From IMG/VR virus record IMGVR_UViG_3300020578_003649, positions 1 to 61,932 of that record: a stretch of DNA of 61,932 nt; one strand, given 5' to 3'. The DNA is from a virus. Lineage: Duplodnaviria > Caudoviricetes. Position numbers and translations under genes: made by a program. Shown in pieces: positions 28,328-38,960 of this stretch. The number at the start of each line of letters is the position of its first letter. The first letter of the stretch is position 1. A model generated the notes under the pieces. That model had not been told where the DNA came from and searched no databases. It saw only the letters and a program-made list of their open reading frames with translations.

Positions 28328-28920
28328 TACTTAATATCTGCTGATTCAATTAATGTATATGTAAATGATTTACCATGAATAGCTGCCGCTTTACGACAAA
28401 TAGTCATAAATGATTCAAAATCAGACGCCTTTTTAAAAACTTGACAACCTTCACTCCAATTTTCTACATAAGTAGAATCTGCGCCTGCTTTGTGAATATT
28501 AATTCCAAATACTCCTTCAGCTATTTTATTCTCATCATAAGTCATATCACGATTTGCGTCACGATAAACTTTAACTGGCTTTTGTTGTCTTAATGCTTCA
28601 TATTTGCCTTGATGTAAACCTAAAGTATGTGAGCCTCTGTATTGACCTTCAACTAAACGAGCAACTCCGCCTGCCGCTTTACCTTCCAACATACCTTTTT
28701 TACCTGGGTCTGTAGTAGCGGGCCAACAATGTGATTTCCATTCGCCGCCTTCTTTATAAGAAACAGTAATGCAATCATCAAATACATTAGTTACTTTATT
28801 TCCAGTTGCAGAGTTTCTAACTCCAACAATATTTACATCAAAATCTTTTGCACCTTCAAACCAAACATATCCTTTGGCTTTAACAGCAGTTTCAATTTGT
28901 TCTTTTGTATAACAACTCAT
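28327..28920 (-). CDS. L,D-transpeptidase/YkuD-like cysteine peptidase (cell-wall enzyme)
   Basis: GINIHKAG...WSEGCQV His/Ser-x-Gly-Cys motif. Confidence 0.65.
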   Translation of the reverse strand: MSCYTKEQIETAVKAKGYVWFEGAKDFDVNIVGVRNSATGNKVTNVFDDCITVSYKEGGEWKSHCWPATTDPGKKGMLEGKAAGGVARLVEGQYRGSHTLGLHQGKYEALRQQKPVKVYRDANRDMTYDENKIAEGVFGINIHKAGADSTYVENWSEGCQVFKKASDFESFMTICRKAAAIHGKSFTYTLIESADIK

Positions 28921-28936
28921 ACTAATTTCCTCAATA

Positions 28937-29548
28937 TTATTTTACGTATTCGTAATATTTTTTAGTTTTTGCTTTTCTATCTTCTAAACCATGAGTTCCG
29001 CCATTGATACGCTTGGTAAGCGCTAGTATAGCTGCATCATTAACTCCCCGATCACAAATCGACCAAAGTTTGTTGCGATCAAAGAAAAACATTGCAGATT
29101 CAAATGCATAAGTAGTTGCTACTAGATCTGGAGTATCTAATATTTCTGGTTTCTTAAGATATTCTGCAAATGCTTTGTAATTTGATTTTCCTGTGAGTTG
29201 TAGTGCACCTCGGCCACGATATTTCCAACCATCCCCCGATGCTTCATCTCCATTACCCATTCGGCTTGCATACACTCGGTTGGCAATTTTTTCTGGTTGC
29301 CGCGCATAAGACTCTTCTAATGTTCCAGGAAAGTATTTTCCAAAAATGCCTTGTAGGCCTTGTGCTGAATAGTTTAGGTTTTCGCTAAATGCTTTGAACC
29401 CACCTGTTTCATGTGATGTCTGAGCAAAGAAATGCGAAGCACGTACTGGTGTTAACTTGTAATAAGCCATAGCAGCTTTCAATGTTCCAGGACCAAATGC
29501 TCCATCGGCAGTAACACCTACTTTTTCTTGTAAACTTTTTAAACTCAT
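28937..29548 (-). CDS. GH19 endolysin with short peptidoglycan-binding N-terminus
   Basis: ADGAFGPGT; FFAQTSHETGGF..ENLNYS; YRGRGALQLTGKSNY; INGG. Confidence 0.92.
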   Translation of the reverse strand: MSLKSLQEKVGVTADGAFGPGTLKAAMAYYKLTPVRASHFFAQTSHETGGFKAFSENLNYSAQGLQGIFGKYFPGTLEESYARQPEKIANRVYASRMGNGDEASGDGWKYRGRGALQLTGKSNYKAFAEYLKKPEILDTPDLVATTYAFESAMFFFDRNKLWSICDRGVNDAAILALTKRINGGTHGLEDRKAKTKKYYEYVK

Positions 29549-29799
29549 TATTCTTCCTCGTTAGTAGTTTCTTTTCCTTTACCTGCAAATTTTTCTAAAC
29601 CTGCAATACCTAAACTACCTAATGTTACAACTACAAATGAATTATAGATATATTCATTCAATTTCAATTCGCTACCAAGGTAACCAGTAATTAAATCGAC
29701 AAACATTGCAATTGTCATTACTGCAAATGACATAAAACCAATAATAGTTTTTTCATTAAAGTCATTTGAATTTTTAAAAATGTCTGTAAACTTTGCCAT
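29548..29799 (-). CDS. two-TM membrane protein, possible holin or antiholin
   Basis: Two TM helices, first gene of lysis operon. Confidence 0.65.
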   Translation of the reverse strand: MAKFTDIFKNSNDFNEKTIIGFMSFAVMTIAMFVDLITGYLGSELKLNEYIYNSFVVVTLGSLGIAGLEKFAGKGKETTNEEE

Positions 29800-29837
29800 A
29801 TATTCTCCCTTTTTGTATAAATATATGACAAAAGAGA

Positions 29838-30998
29838 TTACCGGCAGTTAATGAGTTCTTTTACGAGGTCTTGTATGTGTAATATAGTTATTTTTAAATT
29901 GCCCAATTGAAACATTCCAACTTCGCCTGAATCTTGTATGATTGCTGAAAGATTTTCTATTATGTTATAATCTTGTTGAGTAAATTGGTTGCCATTAATT
30001 TCTACTATAATATCATCATAATCATAACGATCAGTGTTTGTTAGCGAATGACAACGTTTTCTTAAATCATATTTAGTTTTTGATTGTTCTAACGTAATAT
30101 ATTTCATCCATTCGGCGTCTGAATATATTCTATCACACCATGGCTCTAATAAACGCAATATATCTTGCGAACAATTTTCTACTCGAAATGCAATATTATA
30201 TTTAGGAAGAATAACGGGATGTTGCCATTCGTTATTTTTAATCCAACACCCCCATTTCCTTAAATAATTTCTACCTGCTTTTTCAGATACTTGTTTAAAG
30301 TAATCATCATCCCGACCAACTTCTTCTGTCCATCGGTGGCCTCTACATGTTAAATGATATACAAATGCATCCCGACTTTGAATTAATTCATATCCTGCTA
30401 ATATCCAACGTTGAAATATATCCGAATCTTCATATGGAAATGGTGCAAACAATGGATCATGGCCGCCGATTGCTTGAAAATCTGATTTATATAAAATCCA
30501 TGGAGCAAACATTCCGTATGTTATGCGATCTAATTGAGTTTCCTGTTCATTGATAACAAATTGTTCAAATGCATCAATATCTAACGTATCAAAGTCTTGA
30601 CCGAAGTCCATTATTACTTTTTCATTTCCCGGAGGGTGTAAAGGTGGCTCGATACGGGTTGCACAGACAACTTTTCCTGGCTCTAAGTGCTTAACTAAAT
30701 TTTCTATATAACTTGGCCCAATAATCATATCGGCGTGTAAAATACCCACTATATCATTTGTAGCAAGTTCAATACCTTTATCATATAGAATAGTATGACC
30801 GATTCGGTCTTCACTGCGGAATATTCTAGTTTGATTTCCGGGCTGAGTTTCTACATGTTGCATCCACTCCCACGTTCCATCTGTAGAACCATCATCTAAT
30901 AAAATAACTTCTGCCTCCGGGGCATGTTTTTGAATACTTGCATACACATTTTTTACGTGTCGCAAATTATTGTAACTAGGTATAATTAATGATATCAT
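29838..30998 (-). CDS. GT2 glycosyltransferase with C-terminal extension
   Basis: SLIIPSYN, LDDGSTDGT, LHADM, EDSD; start moved to MISLII. Confidence 0.9.
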   Translation of the reverse strand: MISLIIPSYNNLRHVKNVYASIQKHAPEAEVILLDDGSTDGTWEWMQHVETQPGNQTRIFRSEDRIGHTILYDKGIELATNDIVGILHADMIIGPSYIENLVKHLEPGKVVCATRIEPPLHPPGNEKVIMDFGQDFDTLDIDAFEQFVINEQETQLDRITYGMFAPWILYKSDFQAIGGHDPLFAPFPYEDSDIFQRWILAGYELIQSRDAFVYHLTCRGHRWTEEVGRDDDYFKQVSEKAGRNYLRKWGCWIKNNEWQHPVILPKYNIAFRVENCSQDILRLLEPWCDRIYSDAEWMKYITLEQSKTKYDLRKRCHSLTNTDRYDYDDIIVEINGNQFTQQDYNIIENLSAIIQDSGEVGMFQLGNLKITILHIQDLVKELINCR

Positions 30999-31684
30999 AA
31001 TTTTTGTATTGTTACGCCCCAAATAACGTTAGGCGTATATATGTTATAATGTGAATAATATTTAGGATCATTGATTTCAGAAGTCATTTCTTCCCAATTT
31101 GTAAAATCTGATGAGTAATAAAACTTTTCATCAGAAACAAAATAACCATTTCTTTGTAATTCTCGTTTAATTATATTTTGACGCCGTAGGTCATAATATC
31201 TTAAAAATGGTTCGCCAGATTCTTCATAATTCATATATGGGCCAGCTGGCAATGTAATAATTAATTTAGAATTAGTATCCTTAAGTAGTTTGCAGGCTTT
31301 ATTAATTCCCAATATATCGTGATTCCATCGACATGTATCATCTTCAGCTAATCCGTTTGCCATACGATTACCAGCAAACCAAAAACCAAAATGTTCGAAT
31401 ACAGAAATTGAAATTATAAAATCATATTTATTAGATTCATCAAATTCTATAAAATCACATTGTATATGTTTCCAATTGGTATTTTTTCGTAGCCAATAAT
31501 GCGGTTCCGATGGCATGATGTCTGTAGTATTAACGTTAATAAAACCCTTTTCATGTATTGTTTCCGAAACCCCTTCGATGCCGCCCCGACATTCGCCTAT
31601 AATTAATACTGACTTAGTATTATCAATTAATTGATTAGCAAAGTATGGTACTTCTACTATTTTTGTTCCTTGTAACTGTATCAT
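30995..31684 (-). CDS. class I SAM-dependent methyltransferase-like protein
   Basis: YDFIISISVFEHFG, LIITLP. Confidence 0.7.
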   Translation of the reverse strand: MIQLQGTKIVEVPYFANQLIDNTKSVLIIGECRGGIEGVSETIHEKGFINVNTTDIMPSEPHYWLRKNTNWKHIQCDFIEFDESNKYDFIISISVFEHFGFWFAGNRMANGLAEDDTCRWNHDILGINKACKLLKDTNSKLIITLPAGPYMNYEESGEPFLRYYDLRRQNIIKRELQRNGYFVSDEKFYYSSDFTNWEEMTSEINDPKYYSHYNIYTPNVIWGVTIQKL

Positions 31685-32403
31685 ACCGTATATGTTTCTC
31701 CGTAACGTCTCATATCAGAATATAATAAATTAAATTCCGAATTCAAAAAATAAGTATTCATATTATTTTCTGCATTTCGGCAAAATTCATCAACCCCAAT
31801 GTTTATTTTATTTTCTTTAAATGTTAAAGAATTCATATGAGTAATTGTATTATTATCAGAAACAATTGTTTTAAAATTCATAGTTTCGCCAATACATCCG
31901 GTATAAAAATCTACACCCCAACCATAAATTAATTCTGCAGGATATTGTTGTATTTTTTCTAGAATATCTCTACGTATCAACGGTGCTTGAAAATCAATCC
32001 ATCGCACTTCCCGAAGTCCCTTACCCCAATTCCACATCTGTTTCCATCTGCATTGATCAATTGATGCATTGATAACAGTTGACGAATATACAGCTGCATC
32101 GGATTGAGTTGCTTCCCGAAGCGACGTTGTTAAAAAAGATGGTCCATGGAATACTAAATCATTATTTAAAAAATAAAGATAATCATGATTTGTTGATAAA
32201 AAATAATCTAGTACTACATTAAATCCGCCGCCGAAGAACGCATTTTCATCTAAACGATGTGTTGTTGTTTTTGCCAATGATTCTGATGAACCGTTATCTA
32301 ATACCATCAATTCACATTGTTCGAATAATGGATCTCGTTTTAATTGATTAACTAAATTATCTGTCCAAATTGGCAGATTATGATTAAGTGTTGCTATTAA
32401 CAT
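31681..32403 (-). CDS. GT2-like glycosyltransferase
   Basis: VLDNGS, FLNND, YGWGVD. Confidence 0.8.
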   Translation of the reverse strand: MLIATLNHNLPIWTDNLVNQLKRDPLFEQCELMVLDNGSSESLAKTTTHRLDENAFFGGGFNVVLDYFLSTNHDYLYFLNNDLVFHGPSFLTTSLREATQSDAAVYSSTVINASIDQCRWKQMWNWGKGLREVRWIDFQAPLIRRDILEKIQQYPAELIYGWGVDFYTGCIGETMNFKTIVSDNNTITHMNSLTFKENKINIGVDEFCRNAENNMNTYFLNSEFNLLYSDMRRYGETYTV

Positions 32404-32405
32404 AT

Positions 32406-33212
32406 TTAAAACCTTAATTGATTTGTTTCTTTGCTAGGCATAACTATTCCTAAAAAATTCTTTGCAATTGTTTGTTCTGTGTTTCCTTGTTGTTTAAAAT
32501 CATTTAATTGTTCTAAATAATGAAATGGCTTAAACCAAGATTCGCATGGAACTAATCTAATAGCTTCTGACGCTAAAACATATTCACCATACCAAATAAG
32601 CTCGCCAGGAATCACATGTAATAACTGTTCAAATGTCAATTCATTTGGCTCTAAATAATTTTTTTTCATATGTTCAAATACTTTAACTGACCATAAGTTT
32701 GGACATGTCCAATCGTAGAATTTTCCGGTTCGTCCAAACAGATCCATAACCGTTTTTCTATCATGTTCATATGATTGTTTTACATTATCTAATAGATTTC
32801 CTTTAGTAGCCATCCATTGAAATAAATCTTTATTTTCATGCATTGTAGTATATGGAGTTTCTTCATCAAACATAAAATCATTAATAAAAAAATCTCGAAT
32901 AAAATATGAATCGCCATCTACCCATAGATAGTTATTACATAATCCAGTTTCACTAAATTTCATTTTTACCAATTGTTGCGAAAACCAATTTTGATGAACA
33001 GTATCTTGAATGATATCTTCATCAAATATCATATTATAACCATCAGTTCCGATAATATCTTTAAACAATTGTTCTTGTTGTTTAGGTATTGATAAGTATA
33101 CTGGAATATTATCTTTGTTATATTCTGCAGTAGTTTCAATAAGTTGTTTAGTATAGTGTACATGCGGAGCATGTGATTTAAATAAAAAAACTAAATTATC
33201 CATATTAATCAA
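32406..33212 (-). CDS. GT-A fold protein (DUF6492-like)
   Basis: WFSQQLVKM, LWVDGDSYFIR. Confidence 0.65.
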   Translation of the reverse strand: MINMDNLVFLFKSHAPHVHYTKQLIETTAEYNKDNIPVYLSIPKQQEQLFKDIIGTDGYNMIFDEDIIQDTVHQNWFSQQLVKMKFSETGLCNNYLWVDGDSYFIRDFFINDFMFDEETPYTTMHENKDLFQWMATKGNLLDNVKQSYEHDRKTVMDLFGRTGKFYDWTCPNLWSVKVFEHMKKNYLEPNELTFEQLLHVIPGELIWYGEYVLASEAIRLVPCESWFKPFHYLEQLNDFKQQGNTEQTIAKNFLGIVMPSKETNQLRF

Positions 33213-33840
33213 ATAAATTCAAAATTTTATATTTTTCGATATAATGTATCTTCTTTTTAGAACATTGAAAATCACTGTGAAATGCTCGTAATACATCTTT
33301 CGTAAAATAATACCGATGTTGTTGACTTTTAAACATTTTTAATGCATCTAATTTTTTATCATAAAATGGCTCTATATCTACATATAAATTAGATCTCCAT
33401 GCATCTTGAGTACTAGGTGTATAATATTGAACTAAACTAATTTTACTATTACGAATCAATGCCGGCCCGAAGCCAGATATGTATCGATGTTCAAAATGCG
33501 AATCTGTTTCATTTGGTAAAAAAATTGCATCGAATTCTATTTCTGAATTTTTAATTATATTTTCAATTAATTGAATCCAATTTTCTTCTGAAAGTTCTTT
33601 AATAAATTTATAAGGAGTATTTATAATAGTTAAATTATTACAGCCGGCGGCAGCCCATACGTTTTCAACTTCTACTAAACGATGTTGTCCAGTTGATTCA
33701 TCACAATCACCCCCTTGTGCTAATTGCAATAAATTAAATTTTGTGTCAGTATATTTTAATATAGTTCCTAACATACTGTATTCGACATCATCCGGGTGAG
33801 GTGATAAACAAAGTACGTTATTAAAATTTAGAAATTTCAT
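33205..33840 (-). CDS. PIG-L/LmbE family deacetylase
   Basis: SPHPDD, DSHFEH, KSQ. Confidence 0.85.
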   Translation of the reverse strand: MKFLNFNNVLCLSPHPDDVEYSMLGTILKYTDTKFNLLQLAQGGDCDESTGQHRLVEVENVWAAAGCNNLTIINTPYKFIKELSEENWIQLIENIIKNSEIEFDAIFLPNETDSHFEHRYISGFGPALIRNSKISLVQYYTPSTQDAWRSNLYVDIEPFYDKKLDALKMFKSQQHRYYFTKDVLRAFHSDFQCSKKKIHYIEKYKILNLFD

Positions 33841-34387
33841 ATAAATGCTCCAATGTGTGAATTTTATTCATATCTTGTTGATATATAACTTGTATGTCTT
33901 GCATATTAAATAATTCTTCATTTAAATAATCTTTACCGCCTTGTCCTGCTAAATATGTAGTAGCTCCATAATATTTACATAAATCTACTAATCTAGCATT
34001 AGAAGTTAAAGATGTTTCATAATCTTCTACTATAATGGTATCGATATTTAATTTTTTAATTAGATATCGAATAATCGATGAATTTGTTTGATATAAATTA
34101 TCTGTTATTAAATTATCCATCTCAGATAAAATATGTTTATATTTAGGTAATGAATTTTTAATTCGTTCCCAATCCTTTGAGGGATCAATGTATTGTTTTT
34201 TATTAATATTATCAATTCCTTTTCGTACACTCATCGTATTCCAACGGCCATCTAAATTAAATCTATTTTGAAACCCATTTTTTTCAAATTGGCAATTACC
34301 TAATAAAACAAATATATCAGCTTGTTGTATCTTTTGAAAAAAAGGATACCATGGTACGAAATTTGGCTGATGTATTGTAACTATCAT
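33821..34387 (-). CDS. WbqC family protein
   Basis: IHQPNFVPWYPFFQKI...QNR...GATTYLAG.GGKDYL. Confidence 0.85.
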   Translation of the reverse strand: MIVTIHQPNFVPWYPFFQKIQQADIFVLLGNCQFEKNGFQNRFNLDGRWNTMSVRKGIDNINKKQYIDPSKDWERIKNSLPKYKHILSEMDNLITDNLYQTNSSIIRYLIKKLNIDTIIVEDYETSLTSNARLVDLCKYYGATTYLAGQGGKDYLNEELFNMQDIQVIYQQDMNKIHTLEHLYEISKF

Positions 34388-35070
34388 ATACCTAACTTAT
34401 CTCGTTGTTCTTTCGTTAATTGATTAATATGACTAGCTGTTCCCCCATATCGCTCAATTAATCGAACCATTTGATTATAATCTAAATCATATCCTGCGGG
34501 CTGGGCTGCAGTTCCTTGTCCAGCAAATGATGGTTGACCATTATCATCTAATTTTCTATTTTCAAATACCGGATGATAACCCCCATTCGGATCGATACCA
34601 GCAAAGATAAATTCTTTATAATTTAGAAATTTTGCAAGAAAATTAGCAGCAGTTACACCACAAGATCCTGGCCATTCGTCTAAACTAGGTACTTGTGCAT
34701 TTTCGCTATTAGTTCTATGTTGTTCTTCTAATTTAGAATTATCACCTGGATGAAGTTCGTATAGATAAAAATCAATATCATTAAATCTGTCAGGGAATAT
34801 TTCAGTTAATTTAGAAAAATGTACATGTTGATTAACGCCGCCAAATCTAGGATTAAATTGAGAATGTAAAAAGCTAGGAACAATCATAGTTCTTACCTTT
34901 TTAAAATCATCATCTGATGTTAATTCCATCGGTTCAATATCATTAAAAAACACGTATGTCGGTTCTTCGCATAACCAAATTGCATTATTTAATGCAGCTA
35001 CATCATATTTATCTGATTTTGGTAAATATAGCGCACTAGGGCCTTTACCTAAAATTATAATTGGTTTCAT
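34384..35070 (-). CDS. GT42/Maf-like ulosonic acid transferase
   Basis: IIILGKGPS...YDVAALNN...YKEFIFAGID, paralleling CstII-type IIAGNGPS...YKEIYLSGID. Confidence 0.55.
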   Translation of the reverse strand: MKPIIILGKGPSALYLPKSDKYDVAALNNAIWLCEEPTYVFFNDIEPMELTSDDDFKKVRTMIVPSFLHSQFNPRFGGVNQHVHFSKLTEIFPDRFNDIDFYLYELHPGDNSKLEEQHRTNSENAQVPSLDEWPGSCGVTAANFLAKFLNYKEFIFAGIDPNGGYHPVFENRKLDDNGQPSFAGQGTAAQPAGYDLDYNQMVRLIERYGGTASHINQLTKEQRDKLGI

Positions 35071-35804
35071 TTATCTCCTAATTTGTTTAATATATAGTCA
35101 TATGTAAATTCGGGAGCAGATTCCCAATGTTTACTTAAAATATAATCATGATGATTCTTACAATAATCAGAATTTATATCATAGTAAATTGCAATTGCAT
35201 TATCATCTTTATCAGGAAATCTCATATCTATTAATTGCAACTCTGGTAAATAATTTAGTATATCCGATGGATCGAATGCTAAACTATTAGTAATACCAAT
35301 ATCTTCAATAATGTATACGCCATCTTTATTTAATTTTGTTTTGAAGTTATTGAACGTCTGAATCTGATCATTTAATTCATGTGAACCATCATCAATAATA
35401 ATGTGAAAATAACCATCTGGTATGCTTTCTAGAAATTTATTTCGTTCGAGCATACTATTAAAATCATTTGCACATGAATTAATTTGTATTAACTCTGTTC
35501 TAGGATATTCTTTTAATGTTTCTAAAACTTCATGGAACTTGCACCCAGGCCAATCTACTCGTTCAAATGTATCAGCTCCATAAATTTTTGCTTTAGTAAA
35601 GTATTCAGACCATAATTTTAGAGATGTGCCTCGCAAAATTCCAATTTCTAATATATTAATATCTTCATGTTGGTATATATGGAATAATCTATCATAAATC
35701 TCTAAGTATGTATGAGCGGGTATACTTTTATTTCCGCAATGCGGATCTTTATCACAATCCCACTTGTAGTGTTTTAATATATCTACTAATGTTTTATTTT
35801 TCAC
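35067..35804 (-). CDS. class I SAM-dependent (sugar O-)methyltransferase
   Basis: ILEIGILRG.SL..W, IIIDDGSH, GVYIIED. Confidence 0.85.
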   Translation of the reverse strand: MKNKTLVDILKHYKWDCDKDPHCGNKSIPAHTYLEIYDRLFHIYQHEDINILEIGILRGTSLKLWSEYFTKAKIYGADTFERVDWPGCKFHEVLETLKEYPRTELIQINSCANDFNSMLERNKFLESIPDGYFHIIIDDGSHELNDQIQTFNNFKTKLNKDGVYIIEDIGITNSLAFDPSDILNYLPELQLIDMRFPDKDDNAIAIYYDINSDYCKNHHDYILSKHWESAPEFTYDYILNKLGDK

Positions 35805-36684
35805 CCTGTTCCTTTATATAATTTAAAAATTTACGTATGCCAGTTTGTAAACTAGTTTTTGGAAACCATCCTATTTTTTTTAATTTATCACTATTACCGA
35901 TGCAACCGAATTGATCTCCAGGATGACTTCCAATATCATTGATTTGATATTCTTCAATTGATTTATCATTAGCTTGTATTAATGAATATATCAATTCCCG
36001 TATAGTAGTTTTAATACCAGTTGAGACATTAAATGTATCTGAATTATTATTTGTTAACATTAATAACAATGCATCTACAACATCATCAACATAAATTATA
36101 TCTCGATATCTATCTAGCGAACCAGTTACGTTAATCATATTACCTTTGATAACTTGATTTGCAAATGCAGATACTACACCTTTATATTCATTTGATAAAT
36201 CTTGTCCTGGGCCGTATGTGTTCCATAATCTTAAAATAGAATATGAAAAATTATGTTGTTGTGCGAATTTCTTAATGTAATACTCGCCTGATAATTTACT
36301 AACTGCATAATTAGATAATGGATCTAATAAATCTGATTCTATTGCATTATCATTATTACCATATACTGCCATCGTTGATGTATATACAATATGTTTAACT
36401 TGTTTATGTGCTGCTAAATAACAAATTTGTAACGTACCTCTAATATTATAATTTAAATCTAACTGCGGATCTATTTCAGAACCTCTACCATATGGCTGTG
36501 CTGCTAAATGATATATAATATCAATTGGGTCTTCAATTTGTAATAAATCATCTGAACTAATATCTAATACATAATCAGCGTTATGATTTAAATCTACAGT
36601 AATTACATTATGATTCATTTCTTTTAATTTCGATACTAAATTAGTACCAATTAAACCATGGCCGCCTGTTACTAATATATTCAT
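35794..36684 (-). CDS. NAD-dependent sugar epimerase/dehydratase
   Basis: VTGGHGLIG, HLAA, YAVSK, NTYGPGQ. Confidence 0.92.
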   Translation of the reverse strand: MNILVTGGHGLIGTNLVSKLKEMNHNVITVDLNHNADYVLDISSDDLLQIEDPIDIIYHLAAQPYGRGSEIDPQLDLNYNIRGTLQICYLAAHKQVKHIVYTSTMAVYGNNDNAIESDLLDPLSNYAVSKLSGEYYIKKFAQQHNFSYSILRLWNTYGPGQDLSNEYKGVVSAFANQVIKGNMINVTGSLDRYRDIIYVDDVVDALLLMLTNNNSDTFNVSTGIKTTIRELIYSLIQANDKSIEEYQINDIGSHPGDQFGCIGNSDKLKKIGWFPKTSLQTGIRKFLNYIKEQGEK

Positions 36685-37295
36685 ATGAATCTATAATTTA
36701 ATTCGCCTAAATCTTCTATAGTATGTTTAATAATATCATTTGATTTTACTATACAATCAACTTGAGGTCCGCCGTTTATTGTAGTAGGAGTTCCTGTTAA
36801 AATTATATCGCCTTTATTCAATTTAACAATTTTAGAAATATAACTTACAGATAGATATGGATTCAAAATCATATCCATTGTATTACCACGCTGTAATTCT
36901 ATTCCATTTATAAATGTTTTCATTTCTAAAGTTCGATTACGTAAATCTAAATGTTTAACATTCTTAGATATAGGACAAAAACCAGTTCTAGATTTAGAAA
37001 ATGCTAAATGATGATCTCTATTATAAATACTATTACAAGTAATATCTCCAGCTACAAAAAAACCAGAGATGACATCATATGCATCATCTTCTGAAATATT
37101 TTCGCAGTCTTGATTAATTAATATGCCTAATTCAACTTCAGTCCAAACTATATCAACTTTATATGTTGGGTATGTAACATTTGAATTTTCATATGTTAAA
37201 CAATTGGTAGATTTCAAAAAATATATCGGATCTTGATTTGATACCCCAATACCTCGATAATTTAATGCTAAACAATGTACATTATTGATGTTCAT
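36681..37295 (-). CDS. fumarylacetoacetate hydrolase family protein
   Basis: ALNY, FLKS, EVELG, FSKS, GDIILTGTP; start moved to MNINN. Confidence 0.85.
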   Translation of the reverse strand: MNINNVHCLALNYRGIGVSNQDPIYFLKSTNCLTYENSNVTYPTYKVDIVWTEVELGILINQDCENISEDDAYDVISGFFVAGDITCNSIYNRDHHLAFSKSRTGFCPISKNVKHLDLRNRTLEMKTFINGIELQRGNTMDMILNPYLSVSYISKIVKLNKGDIILTGTPTTINGGPQVDCIVKSNDIIKHTIEDLGELNYRFI

Positions 37296-37941
37296 GATTT
37301 CTTTTATATAAAATTTCTGCAATTTCAAAATCTAATGGAGTATCAATTTCTATACCTTCTGCTTCTTCAATTGGATAAAATAAACAATTGTTAGTAATTG
37401 CATTTTTTGTTTGTAATAAACTTTTAACTTCAGAAATCATTACATTAAATGTTGGCAATTTAATAGGTTCAAGATCTTGAGAATTTGGCGTATTTGCTAA
37501 ATCATAATTAATAGGCGAATCTTTAAACCATGCATGTTTTTTTGCAAATAATGCTGTTACTAACGAATCATACTGATCGGAATGATTTATAAACTCTTCA
37601 TAACAATTTTTTAATGTACTATCTTTTAATAATGGAGCTGTTGGTTGAAGAATCATTATATATTTTGTATCAACACTATTTCCTAAATATTCATAATATT
37701 GACTATTATTACATTCAGAACTAGCATAAAATTCCGGCCGGCGTACAAATTTTACTTCATATTTTTTAGCCATAGCTTCTGCTACTTCACTGTCAGAATC
37801 GATAACAACTGGCAATCCTAATGTTTTAGCTTGTTTAATTTTTATTTCTAACAAACTAGAATTAGCAAATGGTTTGAAATTTTTATTTTTTACCCGTGTT
37901 GATCCAGCTCTGCAAGGTATTACAATTGTGATGTTATCCAT
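37282..37941 (-). CDS. CMP-ulosonic acid synthetase (NeuA-like cytidylyltransferase)
   Basis: IPCRAGSTRVKNKN, LQPTAPL, EIDTPLDF. Confidence 0.88.
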   Translation of the reverse strand: MDNITIVIPCRAGSTRVKNKNFKPFANSSLLEIKIKQAKTLGLPVVIDSDSEVAEAMAKKYEVKFVRRPEFYASSECNNSQYYEYLGNSVDTKYIMILQPTAPLLKDSTLKNCYEEFINHSDQYDSLVTALFAKKHAWFKDSPINYDLANTPNSQDLEPIKLPTFNVMISEVKSLLQTKNAITNNCLFYPIEEAEGIEIDTPLDFEIAEILYKRNHEHQ

Positions 37942-38915
37942 TATAATAATCCACCATCTTTTAATTCATTAATACATGTATCCCAATCCGAAAAACGAAA
38001 TGCTTTATCATCAATATATGCTACAGCTCTAGGTTTTTCTGCAGTTACTTTAGAAATATATTTATCTAAACCATGTTGTTCTAACCATTCCCAAACTAAT
38101 TGCGTACCAGTTTTGCCATTAACTAATCCTCGATCTGGTTTTGCTTTAGCAGTATAACAAATTAATGTATATTTTTCAGATAATGTTTTCAATGCATCTT
38201 CGATTCCATCTACTGGGGTATCATATATAGTTCCATCATGATAACCTTTTGAATTCTTATGAATTACACCATCAAAATCAATTCCTAAATTAATAGTTTC
38301 ATCTGGATAAGAATGTTTACGAATTCCTTTATTCCAATTTAATTGTTTTAATTCATCTGGACGATTTTGGTTAATAGGTGGAGTTGCACAACCTGAGCCA
38401 TGAGTTAATTCATAAGTTAACAACAATGTTAAAACTTCTGCTGTATGATAATATTCTGCACCTAATTCTACAGTTGTACAATTTTCTACTTTTTCTGATA
38501 AAGGGTGAGATGTAATACAAGCAACATTTAATCCTCTTGTATTTGCCCATTGCAATGCTTTGATAATGTCTTTACTTCTACCTGAAGAACTAATACCTAA
38601 TACCAATGATTGCGAAATTTGTTCCTCTGTACGATTTCTAGTAAATGCTTCCATCCAAGAAACCATCCATTGATCCCAATCTGTATCATTTATAAATGAT
38701 GTTGCTAAAATTGCAGAACCCGGGGCTTGTGCTAAACGTTGTCCGTTTGATAATCTAGTGATGTCAGCGGCTGCGTGATCTGCAACTGCTAAATTACCAC
38801 CATGTCCTAAAATGTAAATGTTGTTAGATTTGTTAAATTTGTGTTGTAAGTCGGACCATTCTTTAGAATGAATTACTTCTTCAAATCTACCAATTAAGTT
38901 TTCATAGTTTAACAT
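37941..38915 (-). CDS. SIS (GmhA-like sugar-phosphate isomerase) + HAD phosphatase fusion
   Basis: GHGGNLAVADH, GISSSGRS; then IDFDGVI...KP.A..YIDDKA. Confidence 0.8.
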   Translation of the reverse strand: MLNYENLIGRFEEVIHSKEWSDLQHKFNKSNNIYILGHGGNLAVADHAAADITRLSNGQRLAQAPGSAILATSFINDTDWDQWMVSWMEAFTRNRTEEQISQSLVLGISSSGRSKDIIKALQWANTRGLNVACITSHPLSEKVENCTTVELGAEYYHTAEVLTLLLTYELTHGSGCATPPINQNRPDELKQLNWNKGIRKHSYPDETINLGIDFDGVIHKNSKGYHDGTIYDTPVDGIEDALKTLSEKYTLICYTAKAKPDRGLVNGKTGTQLVWEWLEQHGLDKYISKVTAEKPRAVAYIDDKAFRFSDWDTCINELKDGGLL

Positions 38916-38960
38916 AATATACCTTTTTATTGTTTATAACTTATAATATTTAATTTTTTG

